The notes under the pieces were generated by a model, which worked only from the letters and a program-made list of their open reading frames with translations, did not search any database and had not been told where the DNA came from. From an uncultured virus (IMG/VR IMGVR_UViG_3300017767_000001) (Duplodnaviria > Heunggongvirae > Uroviricota > Caudoviricetes): 64,000 nucleotides of DNA. The stretch is from positions 1-64,000 of IMG/VR virus record IMGVR_UViG_3300017767_000001. The stretch is one strand, 5' to 3'. The position numbers and the translations under genes were made by a program. Below are positions 25,548-36,225 of the stretch, one piece after another (position 1 is the stretch's first letter; each line of letters starts with the position of its first letter).

Positions 25548-25839
25548 TATTGAACAAAAGCAAGAAGAAGAATTAGTAACTGTTGGCCTTTGGGCAAAAA
25601 TTAAACATTGGTGGCGTACACTTATACGGGAAGAATGGGAATTAACAGTTTTCTTTCCTGGAGAGGTAAAATTTTTAGAGGACGGTTCGCGAATAGAAAC
25701 CGGAGCCCCTAAAACTTACAGAGCAAAGGAGTTGAAAAAGATTTCTACTACTCATATAATTTTTGTAGATTTGCTCGGTGTAAAACATGAAATAAAAGTT
25801 GTAAATCCTGTGGGCTATGATTTAAGGAAAATATACTAA
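25540..25839 (+). CDS. hypothetical protein
   Basis: Operon-packed ORF. Confidence 0.6.
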   Translation: MTNIEQKQEEELVTVGLWAKIKHWWRTLIREEWELTVFFPGEVKFLEDGSRIETGAPKTYRAKELKKISTTHIIFVDLLGVKHEIKVVNPVGYDLRKIY

Positions 25840-26261
25840 TGTTAGGACTAATAAAAGCCATGCCGCTTATGTTAGTTGTAGCTGGAGGTGCATATGCATA
25901 CCATACTACAACTGTGAGTAAGGCAGAAGCAACAATCGCACAGCTTGAAGCAAATAATGTAACCTTAAAAGAAAATACATCAAAGCTAGAAACAGCCTTG
26001 GAAACAGAAACCGCTTCAAGAGAACAAGCAGAAAATAATTTAAGAGTACAATTAGAAGCCGTTGGAAAACTTACTGAAGCAAATAATGAAATGCAGGCAG
26101 AGATGGATGACTACTTGTCTATCTTCAAAAGGCATGATCTCACTAGACTCGCCCGAGCAAAGCCCGGGATGGTGGAACCGCGTATTAACAACGGCACAAA
26201 AAAAGTTTTTGAACAGATAGAAAAAGATAGTGAAGAGGTGCAAAATGCGGATATTAACTAG
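25839..26261 (+). CDS. inner-membrane spanin (Rz-like)
   Basis: N-terminal TM, long coiled coil, LA..KPG.VE..IN.GT motif. Confidence 0.75.
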   Translation: MLGLIKAMPLMLVVAGGAYAYHTTTVSKAEATIAQLEANNVTLKENTSKLETALETETASREQAENNLRVQLEAVGKLTEANNEMQAEMDDYLSIFKRHDLTRLARAKPGMVEPRINNGTKKVFEQIEKDSEEVQNADIN

Positions 26262-26616
26262 TTTTTTAGCTATACTATTTTTATCTGGGTGTTCTTTTTT
26301 GAAAAATGACCCTCTACCAATCCCCGAGCCGGTCATAAAAACTGTAACAGAATATAAAACACTGGATATCTATCAGCCTCAACTTCCTAGAAAAATAGAT
26401 TTACAGGATGTAGAATTTTTTGTAGTCACAGAAAAAAATTTAGAAGAGCAGATTGCTCGTATAAGTAAAATGCAGGACGGAACCTTTGTAATCTTTGGAT
26501 TAACTCCTCAAGACTATGAAAATATGGCATTTAATTTACAAGAACTTCGTAGGTATATACGCCAGCAGAAAGAAATAATTATCTACTATCGAGATGCAAC
26601 AAAAGTAGAGCAGTAA
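26245..26616 (+). CDS. outer-membrane spanin lipoprotein (Rz1-like)
   Basis: Lipobox LSGC, Pro-rich, DYE..A.N.QEL.RYI; overlaps the i-spanin end. Confidence 0.75.
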   Translation: MRILTSFLAILFLSGCSFLKNDPLPIPEPVIKTVTEYKTLDIYQPQLPRKIDLQDVEFFVVTEKNLEEQIARISKMQDGTFVIFGLTPQDYENMAFNLQELRRYIRQQKEIIIYYRDATKVEQ

Positions 26617-26618
26617 AC

Positions 26619-27923
26619 ATGACAATACAAATAAGCAGGGCTGATATCACTGGCGAAGTCCTGCATAATTTACAATCTGAGACACGCTTCCTCAAACTTC
26701 CAGTAGACCCCTATTTGGAGCTACTCGGCATCACTCCGCTACCTTCTCAGGTAGCAATAATAAATGCGATTAATAATCCTAAATATAGATTTGTATGTGC
26801 CGCAGTGAGTCGTAGACAAGGTAAGACATACATCGCAAACATAATCGGCCAACTAGTCTCCCTAGTTCCGAATTCAAACATTCTTATAATGTCTCCTAAC
26901 TATTCGCTGTCTCAGATTTCTTTTGATTTACAAAGAAATCTTATTAAGCATTTTGATTTAGAAGTAGTAAAGGACAATGCAAAAGATAAAGTTATTGAGT
27001 TGAGCAATGGTTCAACGGTGAGAATGGGCTCAGTAAACCAAGTTGATTCCTGTGTAGGTCGTAGCTACGATTTGATTATATTTGACGAAGCGGCGTTGGC
27101 AGACGGACGTGATGCGTTTAATGTAGCACTTCGACCTACATTGGATAAAGATAATTCGAAAGCAATTTTTATCTCAACCCCTAGGGGCAGGAACAACTGG
27201 TTTGCCGAGTTTTTTGATAGAGGGTTTAATGATGAGTTTGCTGAGTGGTGTTCAATACGAGCAACATATCGAGATAACCCGCGCATGAGTGAGTTAGATA
27301 TCAGCGAAGCACGTAAAAGTATGTCGGAAGCAGAATTTCGACAAGAATATGAAGCAGATTTTAATACTTATGAAGGACAAATTTGGAATTTTGACCACGA
27401 AAAATGTATCGCTAACAATGAGGCATTGGATACCACTAATATGGATGTATTTGCTGGCCTTGATGTCGGTTACCGTGATCCTACTGCTTTTTGTGTAATT
27501 GGTTATGATTGGGATGAAGAACAGTACTATGTATTAGATGAGTATCTTGATGCAGAAAAAACAACGGAACAACATGCCGCTGAAATACAAACATTAATGC
27601 AGAAATGGGATATCGATTTTATTTATATTGATTCCGCAGCACAGCAAACTCGATATGACTTCGCTTTACAATACGATATTTCAACAAGCAACGCTAAGAA
27701 ATCTGTGCTGGACGGTATTGCACATGTAGCTGCGATTGTAGACAATGACAAATTATTTGTCGATCAACGATGCGCTGAAACCTTGTCATGCTTAGATCAA
27801 TATCAGTGGGATCCTAACCCTAATTTAGCAAAAGAAAAACCAAAGCACAATAAAGCATCTCATATGGCGGATGCGCTTCGTTATGCATTGTATTCGTTTG
27901 AAACAAGTCAGAGCGGCTTCTAA
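26619..27923 (+). CDS. terL: terminase large subunit
   Basis: SRRQGKT Walker A, IIFDEAA Walker B, ISTPRG, FRQEYEA, GLDVG, SH.ADALRY. Confidence 0.96.
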   Translation: MTIQISRADITGEVLHNLQSETRFLKLPVDPYLELLGITPLPSQVAIINAINNPKYRFVCAAVSRRQGKTYIANIIGQLVSLVPNSNILIMSPNYSLSQISFDLQRNLIKHFDLEVVKDNAKDKVIELSNGSTVRMGSVNQVDSCVGRSYDLIIFDEAALADGRDAFNVALRPTLDKDNSKAIFISTPRGRNNWFAEFFDRGFNDEFAEWCSIRATYRDNPRMSELDISEARKSMSEAEFRQEYEADFNTYEGQIWNFDHEKCIANNEALDTTNMDVFAGLDVGYRDPTAFCVIGYDWDEEQYYVLDEYLDAEKTTEQHAAEIQTLMQKWDIDFIYIDSAAQQTRYDFALQYDISTSNAKKSVLDGIAHVAAIVDNDKLFVDQRCAETLSCLDQYQWDPNPNLAKEKPKHNKASHMADALRYALYSFETSQSGF

Positions 27924-27946
27924 CAACCCCTAGCCAAAAATAATGT

Positions 27947-27975
27947 TTGACAATTTATCTTGCAGAGGCTATAAT
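27947..27975 (+). promoter_or_regulatory. sigma70 promoter
   Basis: TTGACA-17-TATAAT. Confidence 0.85.
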
Positions 27976-27982
27976 GCAAAGT

Positions 27983-28366
27983 ATGAAAAAGCTCAAAAGA
28001 GACCCTGTGAAGTACATAAGGGACCGAGCAAAATCAAAGTACAAAAAAGACAATGAGTGTTACATCTGTGGAACAGAAAAAGAATTAGACTTCCACCACT
28101 TTTACTCTCTTGCCCCTCTTCTACGTTTATGGCTAAAGAAGAAAACACAAGAAAGGCCAGAGCACTATACAAATGAGTATATAGTTATTTGGAGAGATGA
28201 ATTTATAGAGGATAACTGGGCAGAGCTATACGATCACACAGTCACTATATGTCATGCACATCATAGAGAGTTGCATAAAATTTACGGACGAAATCCAGGA
28301 CTTGGTACAGCGGCAAAACAAATGCGCTGGGTAGATATTCAAAGAGAAAAGCATGGCATGGTATAA
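27983..28366 (+). CDS. HNH endonuclease (T5 nicking-endonuclease-like)
   Basis: CYICG...LDFHH ... TIC..HH..LH..YG; between terL and portal as in T5. Confidence 0.85.
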   Translation: MKKLKRDPVKYIRDRAKSKYKKDNECYICGTEKELDFHHFYSLAPLLRLWLKKKTQERPEHYTNEYIVIWRDEFIEDNWAELYDHTVTICHAHHRELHKIYGRNPGLGTAAKQMRWVDIQREKHGMV

Positions 28367-29540
28367 TTTTTGGAAACAGCCCGAGAACATAGAGGAAAAA
28401 CTTAATCCTGGTCAAATACTAGACACGGGTAAGTCAGAAAGTTCTCGTGAGTTTACTACTCAATATGAGCGCTTTTATGAGCAGCTCGAAGTAGTAAATC
28501 GTGGCGTCAATATGATTGTTGATGACACGGCAGAAATTCCTGCAACAATTAGTACTCAAGGCGCCTATAGGGGTGTCGTAACTGGAATAAAACGAGGAAA
28601 GGTAGAAGAACTACTAAATCGAACTCCCAATCCTTTTCAAGATATTAGCAGTTTTAAAAGAAACTTAATTACTGATTATCTTCTTGACGGAAATATTTTT
28701 ATTTATTTTGATGGTGCTCACCTCTACCATCTACCTGCGGATAAAGTACGTGTACAAGCAGATCCTTCCACTTTTGTAGAAAAGTATACTCTACAAGATA
28801 TTGATTATAAAGTAAGCGAAATAATTCATATTAAAGAAAACTCTTTTCACTCAATTTATAGAGGAGTTTCTAGACTCAAGCCTGCGACCAGAACTATGCA
28901 GCTTGTAAGAGATATGAGGGACTTTCAAGATAACTTTTTTAGGAACGGTGCAGTTCCTGGATTGGTACTAAAATCTCCAAATACTTTATCAGAAAAAATT
29001 AAAGAGCGCATGATTCAATCTTGGACTCTGCGCTATCGTCCAGACTCAGGAGGCAGACGGCCTTTAATTCTTGATGGTGGATTAGAAATAGATAGTTACT
29101 CTACTACTAATTTTAAAGAATTAGATTTTCAGAACGCAATTTTAGAACATGAAAAAGTAATTCTAAAATCGTTAGGGGTGCCTCCAATACTTCTTGATTC
29201 TGGAAATAATGCAAATCTTCGTCCAAACATGAGATTGTACTATCTTGAAACAATCTTACCTATTGTACGAAAACTTAATTTTGCACTATCACGATACTTT
29301 GGATTTAATATTACAGAAAATGTAACTGATATTCCTGCACTGCAGCCCGAGCTTAGAGATGCTGCAGCTTACTATACAGCATTAGTAAATGGAGGAATTA
29401 TAACAATTAACGAAGCTCGGGATCAATTAGGCTATGAAACAATAGAAGGACAAGATGAAATTCGAGTCCCTCAAAACATAGCAGGTAGCGCAGCAAATCC
29501 CGACGAAGGCGGAAGGCCCCCAGAATCAGAAGGAGACTAA
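28353..29540 (+). CDS. portal protein (HK97-type)
   Basis: PNPFQ, DGN.F.Y, IIHIK, G.SRL, FF.NGA.P, GVPPILL, T.NEAR. Confidence 0.95.
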   Translation: MAWYNFWKQPENIEEKLNPGQILDTGKSESSREFTTQYERFYEQLEVVNRGVNMIVDDTAEIPATISTQGAYRGVVTGIKRGKVEELLNRTPNPFQDISSFKRNLITDYLLDGNIFIYFDGAHLYHLPADKVRVQADPSTFVEKYTLQDIDYKVSEIIHIKENSFHSIYRGVSRLKPATRTMQLVRDMRDFQDNFFRNGAVPGLVLKSPNTLSEKIKERMIQSWTLRYRPDSGGRRPLILDGGLEIDSYSTTNFKELDFQNAILEHEKVILKSLGVPPILLDSGNNANLRPNMRLYYLETILPIVRKLNFALSRYFGFNITENVTDIPALQPELRDAAAYYTALVNGGIITINEARDQLGYETIEGQDEIRVPQNIAGSAANPDEGGRPPESEGD

Positions 29541-29541
29541 T

Positions 29542-29832
29542 ATGGGAGTACGAAAGAATCATGCAGTTTTAGGAGCTCGTCAGCTCGCTGCCTACTTTAG
29601 AACTAAAGGCAAAGCACTTACTCTTCAAGAGTATCTTAATGCGGCGGATGCTCCTATTGCAACAACTTATTTAATGAAATGGTTTAAAAGTTACGATATG
29701 GCTTTAGATTGGGTTAGAAGAGTAGACCCCACAATTTTTGTGGATCTTGAATCTGCTGCTAAACCTGCACCAAAGGTTGCCCCAAAGCCTAAGCCCGCCC
29801 CAAAGGCAAAGGTAAAGAAGAATGACGAATAA
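29542..29832 (+). CDS. hypothetical protein with Pro/Lys/Ala tail
   Basis: AGGAG RBS; between portal and protease. Confidence 0.6.
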   Translation: MGVRKNHAVLGARQLAAYFRTKGKALTLQEYLNAADAPIATTYLMKWFKSYDMALDWVRRVDPTIFVDLESAAKPAPKVAPKPKPAPKAKVKKNDE

Positions 29833-31870
29833 AACATTTAACTTAACATCTACTTTTAAGAGCGAGCCACAAGAAGACGGCTCTATCATGGTTCGTGGAA
29901 TGGCCAGCACAAATGCGTTTGATCGTGCTGGAGACTCAATTTCTTCAGAAGCATGGACTAAAGGGGGTCTTGGTAATTTTGAAAAGAACCCTATTATACT
30001 ATTTAATCACGATTATAACCGACCGATTGGACGAGCAACAAAAGTTACTCCCACAGCGGACGGCTTGCACATGGAAGCAAAGATTAGTAAACATGCTGAC
30101 TGTGCTAATTTAATCAAAGACGGTGTCCTTGGAGCGTTTTCTGTCGGTTTCAAAGTCAAGGATGCCGATTACCTTGAGGAAACCGATGGATTAATGATTA
30201 AGGACGCTGAGTTGTTTGAAGTATCTGTTGTTACAGTACCTTGCAATCAAGCAGCTACTTTTTCTTTGTCGAAGTCATTCGATTCTGAGCAGGATTATAA
30301 AGACTTCAAGAAAACTTTTAAAAGCGAGGAAGATTCCTCTTTAATGGAGACAGATATGTCGGAAGAAACAAAAACTCCCGAAATCGACCTAGACGCTTTT
30401 GCTAAGAAGGTAGAGGAAGAAACTGCTGCTAAGATTGCAATTCGTCAGGCCGAAGAAAAAGCCTCAGTAGAAGCTGAAGCAAAAGCTACTGCAGACGCCG
30501 AAGCTCAAAAGGCTGCCGATCAAGCAGATGCTGAAAAGGCTGCCGTAGAGCAGCAAGAAAAAGTCGAGAGCTCAATCCGTACTGGCATCGAGTCAGGCAC
30601 TGAGAAGCTCGCAGAAGATCTGCGTAAAGAATTCCAAGCGGAGCAAGCTAACACCGCAGAAATTCTTGAAAAGTATAAAGCTGAGCTGGAAGAAAAGTCA
30701 GTTGAACTTGAAGCTATGCATAACAGCAAGCGTCAGTTCTCTGATCGTTCTCAGCCGGGCGACCTTTCAGCAGGTGGCCGCGAAATCCTTGAAGCAAAAA
30801 TTCTTGGTAACTTGACTCGTAAGGGTTGGGAAACTGATTTTGCCCAAGGCGTAATTAACAAGTATGGTGTAGGTGTTGCTTCTGCAAGTAACATTGCTCC
30901 TCTTCTTGATATTGAAACTGCCACTCAATTTGAGCGGGAGCTTCTTCTTGAGTTGAAGGTTGCTAGTGCTTTCCGTGAAATTGCAGTAAATAGCACTAAG
31001 ACTGTACTGCCCTTGATGCCTGACTCTGTAACAGCTACCTTCGGTAGTGGTTCTGAGGCAGATGAAACTAACTCTCCTGCAACCCTCCAGGGTAATGCAA
31101 ATGGTACTGCACAAGGTGGAGCTACTTTCAATGCGCTGCAGAAGACTATTACTGCTGCTCGTATGACTTCTACGTCATACATCACGAATGATACCGAAGA
31201 AAGCACTCTTGTTGCCCTTCTTCCTATGATTCGTGAAGGCATGGTTCGTGCACACGCTCGTGCTATGGACAAGATGTGTATTTCTGGTCACTCAGGTGCT
31301 GCAGGTCAAGCTGGTACTGGTTTGATTGGTGCATTTGGTACTTTCAGTAACTCACTGCTTGTTACTGGTACTGCTACTGCTGGTCTCACTCAATCTGGTG
31401 CTGGTGCAGACTCACTGATTGGTCAAGACATTCTTCGTATGCGTTCAACTATGAAGAAGTATGGCTTGAACCCTGCAGATCTTATGCTCGTTGTTTCTTA
31501 CACTGCATACAATGATCTGCTCTCAGACATCAACTTCCAAGACGTAACGGAAGTTGGCAGCGATCTCGCTATCAAGCGAACTGGTGTTGTAGGTTCAATC
31601 TTTGCAATTCCAGTAGTCGTAGCTGATGATGCAGCTCTTGCAGTCGATAAGACTGTGAACCCTGCAACTGAGCCTTGCGCAATCCTTGTAAATGTTCCCA
31701 ACTACATTATTCCTCGAATGAAGGGCGTAAGCCTGGAAACCGAGTACCAAGTTGGTAACCAGCGTACAGCAATCGTTGCTAGCCAATCTGTTGGCTTCGA
31801 AGAGCTCTTCGCAGGTGATGCCGCCACTGTCGGTCTGCCTGTCGCAATGTGCCGATACGCTAACAGCTAA
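29822..31870 (+). CDS. fused prohead protease - scaffold (delta) - major capsid protein
   Basis: HK97 protease (LFNHD...PIG, AFSVGF, ELFEVSVV.VP.N), Glu/Ala coiled coil, HK97 capsid fold; internal GGAG + ATG at 30356. Confidence 0.9.
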   Translation: MTNKTFNLTSTFKSEPQEDGSIMVRGMASTNAFDRAGDSISSEAWTKGGLGNFEKNPIILFNHDYNRPIGRATKVTPTADGLHMEAKISKHADCANLIKDGVLGAFSVGFKVKDADYLEETDGLMIKDAELFEVSVVTVPCNQAATFSLSKSFDSEQDYKDFKKTFKSEEDSSLMETDMSEETKTPEIDLDAFAKKVEEETAAKIAIRQAEEKASVEAEAKATADAEAQKAADQADAEKAAVEQQEKVESSIRTGIESGTEKLAEDLRKEFQAEQANTAEILEKYKAELEEKSVELEAMHNSKRQFSDRSQPGDLSAGGREILEAKILGNLTRKGWETDFAQGVINKYGVGVASASNIAPLLDIETATQFERELLLELKVASAFREIAVNSTKTVLPLMPDSVTATFGSGSEADETNSPATLQGNANGTAQGGATFNALQKTITAARMTSTSYITNDTEESTLVALLPMIREGMVRAHARAMDKMCISGHSGAAGQAGTGLIGAFGTFSNSLLVTGTATAGLTQSGAGADSLIGQDILRMRSTMKKYGLNPADLMLVVSYTAYNDLLSDINFQDVTEVGSDLAIKRTGVVGSIFAIPVVVADDAALAVDKTVNPATEPCAILVNVPNYIIPRMKGVSLETEYQVGNQRTAIVASQSVGFEELFAGDAATVGLPVAMCRYANS

Positions 31871-31883
31871 TAGCTAAGCTATT

Positions 31884-31914
31884 AAACTGGGGTGGTTCGC
31901 CACCCCAAGTTTTT
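31884..31914 (+). terminator. intrinsic terminator
   Basis: GGGGTGG-TTCG-CCACCCC followed by AAGTTTTT. Confidence 0.9.
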
Positions 31915-31926
31915 ACTAATTGACTT

Positions 31927-32499
31927 ATGGCAAATCTTATAACTTTAAAGCAGTTTAAAGACGCAGAAGGCATCCAAAGCCCAAAGGATGACTATAAGAT
32001 TACTCGCATTATTGATTCTGTGAGTGAATTAGTAAAAACTTATTGTGCAAACACTTTTGTAGACTTCTACTCTACAAATAAAGTAGAAGTTTTTAGCATG
32101 AATTGGGACAGTTATATTGTTCAATTAACAGAAAGCCCTGTGAATACTATTGTTTCTGTAGAAACTAGAGATCAACCAACTTTTGCATATACTATTTTGC
32201 CCACTGATAAGTGGTACTTAGAAACAGCAACAGATTCTGTAGTTTCTATTAATGGTACTGCTTTTTCTAATTGGCCTCGAGGAGTTGGATCGGTAAAAAT
32301 TACATATACTGCTGGGTATTCTTCCACTCCGTTAGATTTACAAATAGCAGTTATTGATTTAATTAACTACTATTTCAAAGATGAACATAAGACACGACGA
32401 ACACTCTCCGGAGCAACAATGGAAAATGCTCCTAGTGGAGAAGGCAGAGGATTCCCCGATCATATTAAGAGAGTCTTGGATATGTACAAAAATTTCTAA
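31927..32499 (+). CDS. head-tail connector/head completion protein
   Basis: LITL..FK, V.ITYTAGY...P.DL..A, FPDHIKRVLD.Y. Confidence 0.8.
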   Translation: MANLITLKQFKDAEGIQSPKDDYKITRIIDSVSELVKTYCANTFVDFYSTNKVEVFSMNWDSYIVQLTESPVNTIVSVETRDQPTFAYTILPTDKWYLETATDSVVSINGTAFSNWPRGVGSVKITYTAGYSSTPLDLQIAVIDLINYYFKDEHKTRRTLSGATMENAPSGEGRGFPDHIKRVLDMYKNF

Positions 32500-33914
32500 T
32501 GGCAAAAAAAGATTTAGAAAAGTTAGCTGATGAACTCTTAGATCAACTTAAAAAAGATAATAGAGCATTCAGAGAACAAGTATCAGATACTAGAACTCAC
32601 TATCTCGCCTGCAGTGTGAAAAGCGTAAACAGACAAGTTATTCGCCAGTTAAAGAAAAGAACTTTTATTAAAGAAAAAATACCTGAAAGTATAAAAAAGA
32701 TTATAAGAGAAGAAGTTCCTAAATTAGTTACAGAGCTTCACTCTACTTTAACAGATACCCCCTCAATTAAAGTAACTTTTCAAGCAGCATCAACTTCTGT
32801 GGATTTTGTTGCAATAATTGAACAAAGGAATACCGGAGGCTCCGTCTCAATTTATAACTATTTAAAGAAAAAGAAAGGAGATGCGCAAAAGCCTCTAGCG
32901 GAAGCACTAGATAAAGAGATTAAAAATTTAAATAGTCCCGATAAAGAAAGAGAAGGAACTTTTTCAAAGCCAAAGCCCGGAAAAGCAGGTAGAAAGGATA
33001 AGCCGTATAAATTTAATCCAAAAGCAGTATTATTAGATGTAGGACACATGGAAGGCGGAGCAATCGCAGAAGAAAGAGCTCGAGCTTTTAATGATGTTCT
33101 TTTTCAATTTGATAATCAAAAGGCCGATAGTTTTGCAAGAGTTCATTTAAAGAAAATATTAAAAAAATACGGTATTAAAATAGTAAAGATACCGGTTGAA
33201 AACGAAAAAGGCGATCTAATTCATGAAGTTCGAGTAGAATTAGAAGCAACAAGTGTAAACGCATCAAAAGCAACGCTAGAAAAATCAGGTAGCATACAAA
33301 AAGCACTAGAGGAAATTGTAGATAGAACAGACTGGCCAAATCAAGAAGGATCAGACTCTCCTATAGAAATTGTAGCTAAAAAGTCACTAAACTTATTTGC
33401 TCCAGAAGACGGAAAAACACGAAAATCTACTCGATCTAATTTTAAAAGACAAAAAATTAAAAATAAACCAGTTACTGCAAGAAGCAGAACTCGTGAAAGA
33501 AAAATTAATAACGTAAAACCTTTTGTGGATAAATCAACAGTAGCAATGGGAGCAAAAAGCTCTCAAGGTGCACGAAGAAGAGCCGGAGTCAAAAGTTCAA
33601 GTGTACACTTACAAAAGCTTTTAGGTGTTTTAAATTCTCAGCTTCCTTCAATAGTAGCAGGGAACATGGGGCCGCCAAGACTATCAAATGTATCTGGTCG
33701 TTTTTCAAGATCCGTAAGAGCAACAGAGATTACGAGAACTCAAGGTGGCTTTCCTAGTATTGGGTATACTTATCAAAAAAGACCCTACGACACATTTGAG
33801 GTTGGAGGTACACAAGGCTCGCCGGACTATGATCCTAGAAAATTGATAGATATGTCAATCCGGGAAGTAGCAGCAAGTTTTGCAATAGGAAGATTCTATA
33901 CTAGGAGAGTATAA
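32499..33914 (+). CDS. neck/tail completion protein with long basic N-terminal extension
   Basis: C-terminal SGRF..SV...YTY...PY.TFE...DPRKLI..SIR, T5 p143-like position. Confidence 0.65.
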   Translation: MAKKDLEKLADELLDQLKKDNRAFREQVSDTRTHYLACSVKSVNRQVIRQLKKRTFIKEKIPESIKKIIREEVPKLVTELHSTLTDTPSIKVTFQAASTSVDFVAIIEQRNTGGSVSIYNYLKKKKGDAQKPLAEALDKEIKNLNSPDKEREGTFSKPKPGKAGRKDKPYKFNPKAVLLDVGHMEGGAIAEERARAFNDVLFQFDNQKADSFARVHLKKILKKYGIKIVKIPVENEKGDLIHEVRVELEATSVNASKATLEKSGSIQKALEEIVDRTDWPNQEGSDSPIEIVAKKSLNLFAPEDGKTRKSTRSNFKRQKIKNKPVTARSRTRERKINNVKPFVDKSTVAMGAKSSQGARRRAGVKSSSVHLQKLLGVLNSQLPSIVAGNMGPPRLSNVSGRFSRSVRATEITRTQGGFPSIGYTYQKRPYDTFEVGGTQGSPDYDPRKLIDMSIREVAASFAIGRFYTRRV

Positions 33915-34366
33915 TGGCGGCAAGAACATATACAACACGTAGGTCCGCTATCGTAGATGCACTAGTTGTAGAATTAAAGAAAATAAATCAAACCGGAGCA
34001 TTTTTAAGTGATGTATATGATAATGTACATCCGCGCTTAAAGTTCTGGGATGAAGTAGATACTTTTCCTGCAATACACTTAAATGCAGGATCAGAAACAA
34101 GAGAATATCAAGGTGGTGGATACAAAGATAGGTTTTTAAACATTACTATCCGCTGTTATGTAAAAGAAACGGATGCTGTTACTGCTTTAGACCAGCTTTT
34201 GGAAGATGTAGAAACTGTGGTAGAGAGCAATGGCAGATTAGCTTATATTGATAGGCAAGGAGTAACACAAACAACTCACGATATTATTATTCTCAGTATT
34301 GATACTGATGAAGGAGTTCTTGAACCTTTTGGTGTAGCGGAGATGCAGCTTCAGGTTCAATACTAG
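33914..34366 (+). CDS. tail terminator protein
   Basis: R..IV.AL...LK, FP.I....G.E.R, TDEG.L.PFG; immediately before the tube gene. Confidence 0.8.
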   Translation: MAARTYTTRRSAIVDALVVELKKINQTGAFLSDVYDNVHPRLKFWDEVDTFPAIHLNAGSETREYQGGGYKDRFLNITIRCYVKETDAVTALDQLLEDVETVVESNGRLAYIDRQGVTQTTHDIIILSIDTDEGVLEPFGVAEMQLQVQY

Positions 34367-34426
34367 AAACGGCAGGCAGGAGCAAAGGCTCACGTCCTAG
34401 CCCTTTCAATCTCTAGGAGACATGCT

Positions 34427-36097
34427 ATGGCAGAACAATTATATTTTAGCAGAGACTCGAAACTTTACATCGAATTTGATGATCAATTATGGGAAATTCC
34501 CGTACTAGATGGTTTCAGTTTCTCACAGTCTACCAATCAGTCGGAAATTTCTCTTTCAGAAATGCAAGGTTTCGACGGATTGAGCCGACGAGGTAATAGG
34601 GTATTTACAGACTCTCTGGCACCCGCAGAGTGGTCCTTTAGTACTTATGTTCGACCTTATACGAACAACACAACTAACGAACACCATGCAGTAGAAGAAG
34701 CTCTCTGGGCAGTAATGGCTGGAGCAGATAAGCATATTATTTCTAGCGCAGGCGGTGGTTTAGTCGAAGGTGCAGGAGGCAGCAATACTACTGTCGCTGC
34801 AGCTTCAAGCATCAGTGGAGCTACTGCAGGCACCTATACTATTAATAGCGGTATGGCAGGCCTTACATATAGTGGAGGCTCTGCCCCCAATCCTCAAGGT
34901 TGGGAAGTAGATATTGTAATGACCGCAAGTGCTGTAGGAGCAGTTACAGTAATTTCTGGCGGCGCAAGCTGGACAGCAAATGAAACCGTTACTATTCCGT
35001 CCGCTCTTATTGGTGGAGGAGGTAATGTAGTTCTTACCGCAGATGCAGTAACTAACACAGCAGGTGCAAGTTTTTATAGAAGTGTAAACTCAGATAAAAA
35101 CTCTACTTTTGGTCCTGCAGTAATGGAACCTTCTTCTACTACAGTTGGATCTCTTATTAACTTTGGCCAGTCTAACCGAGCGGTACTTGCAACTTGTAAT
35201 CTTTACTTTGTAATGGAAACAAGTACTTCAAACCCAATGGTTTATAAGCTCGAAGCAGCAGCATTTAACGAAGCCTCCATTGATTTTGAGGTAGATGGTA
35301 TTGCAACTATTAACTGGTCTGGGTTTGCAAAGCAGGTTATTGACCTTCAGTCAAAAGGTTTTGTACAAGTAGTAAATACAAGTACAAAAACTGCTTCAGG
35401 CGTATTCGGAGCGGCTACTGCTCTCAAGCATAAGGGAGTAGCTCTAAACTCTGCGGACGGCTTTCGGCTATATCTAGGAAACGATGGAGATGGCGGTGAA
35501 GTTGCTGCACCCGCATCTGGCGCTACAGCAGCGACAGAAGCAGTAGAGTCTTTTGACAAGGGTGTAACTGCAACAACTACCTTTATTCGAAATCGTTTGA
35601 CTCAGCTTCTTTGTGTTACTGCTGACACAAATGAATTCCCTTCTGGCTCTTACAATCTTACGTTGACAGGTGGAAATGTTACTATTTCAAATAATATTTC
35701 ATACTTGGTGCCAGAAGAGCTAGGTTCTGTAAACGTTCCAATTGAGCACGTAACAGGTGGTCGTACAGCGAATGGAAGCTTTACTTGTTACTTGACCCTC
35801 GATACCGATTCAGGTAATAATGGAACTTCTGTAGAACTGTTTAATGATATGACAACTACAGGTGGCGGCTTGGATAAAGTTGTAAACGACTTTGATGTAA
35901 CTTTCCAAATTGGTGGTAATGTTGCAGGAACTCCAAGACTTGATGTTAAAATTCCTAAGTGTCACATTGACGTACCAACTCACTCTATTGAAGATGTTAT
36001 TTCAGTTGAGACTAACTTTGGTGCATATACTACGGACTTTAACGTGGCTAATGAAGTTCAGTTGGCTTACCATGGAGACACCGCTAATAAGCTGTAA
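34427..36097 (+). CDS. major tail tube protein (T5 pb6-like)
   Basis: IPVLDGFSFSQ, F.DSL.PAEWSFSTY.RP, FIRNRL, LTGG..TI.NNI.YL.PE; followed by a terminator. Confidence 0.88.
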   Translation: MAEQLYFSRDSKLYIEFDDQLWEIPVLDGFSFSQSTNQSEISLSEMQGFDGLSRRGNRVFTDSLAPAEWSFSTYVRPYTNNTTNEHHAVEEALWAVMAGADKHIISSAGGGLVEGAGGSNTTVAAASSISGATAGTYTINSGMAGLTYSGGSAPNPQGWEVDIVMTASAVGAVTVISGGASWTANETVTIPSALIGGGGNVVLTADAVTNTAGASFYRSVNSDKNSTFGPAVMEPSSTTVGSLINFGQSNRAVLATCNLYFVMETSTSNPMVYKLEAAAFNEASIDFEVDGIATINWSGFAKQVIDLQSKGFVQVVNTSTKTASGVFGAATALKHKGVALNSADGFRLYLGNDGDGGEVAAPASGATAATEAVESFDKGVTATTTFIRNRLTQLLCVTADTNEFPSGSYNLTLTGGNVTISNNISYLVPEELGSVNVPIEHVTGGRTANGSFTCYLTLDTDSGNNGTSVELFNDMTTTGGGLDKVVNDFDVTFQIGGNVAGTPRLDVKIPKCHIDVPTHSIEDVISVETNFGAYTTDFNVANEVQLAYHGDTANKL

Positions 36098-36112
36098 AGT
36101 TATACTTTTGAC

Positions 36113-36140
36113 AAAAACCCGCTTCGGCGGGTTTTTCTTT
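36113..36140 (+). terminator. intrinsic terminator
   Basis: AAAAACCCGC-TTCG-GCGGGTTTTT. Confidence 0.92.
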
Positions 36141-36160
36141 TATCCTTTCAAAAAAAGTTC

Positions 36161-36189
36161 TTGACTTTTTAGCTCTCCTCCCTTATAAT
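36161..36189 (+). promoter_or_regulatory. sigma70 promoter
   Basis: TTGACT-17-TATAAT. Confidence 0.85.
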
Positions 36190-36225
36190 TACAAAATATA
36201 AATTTATTTAAAAAGGAACCAAAAA

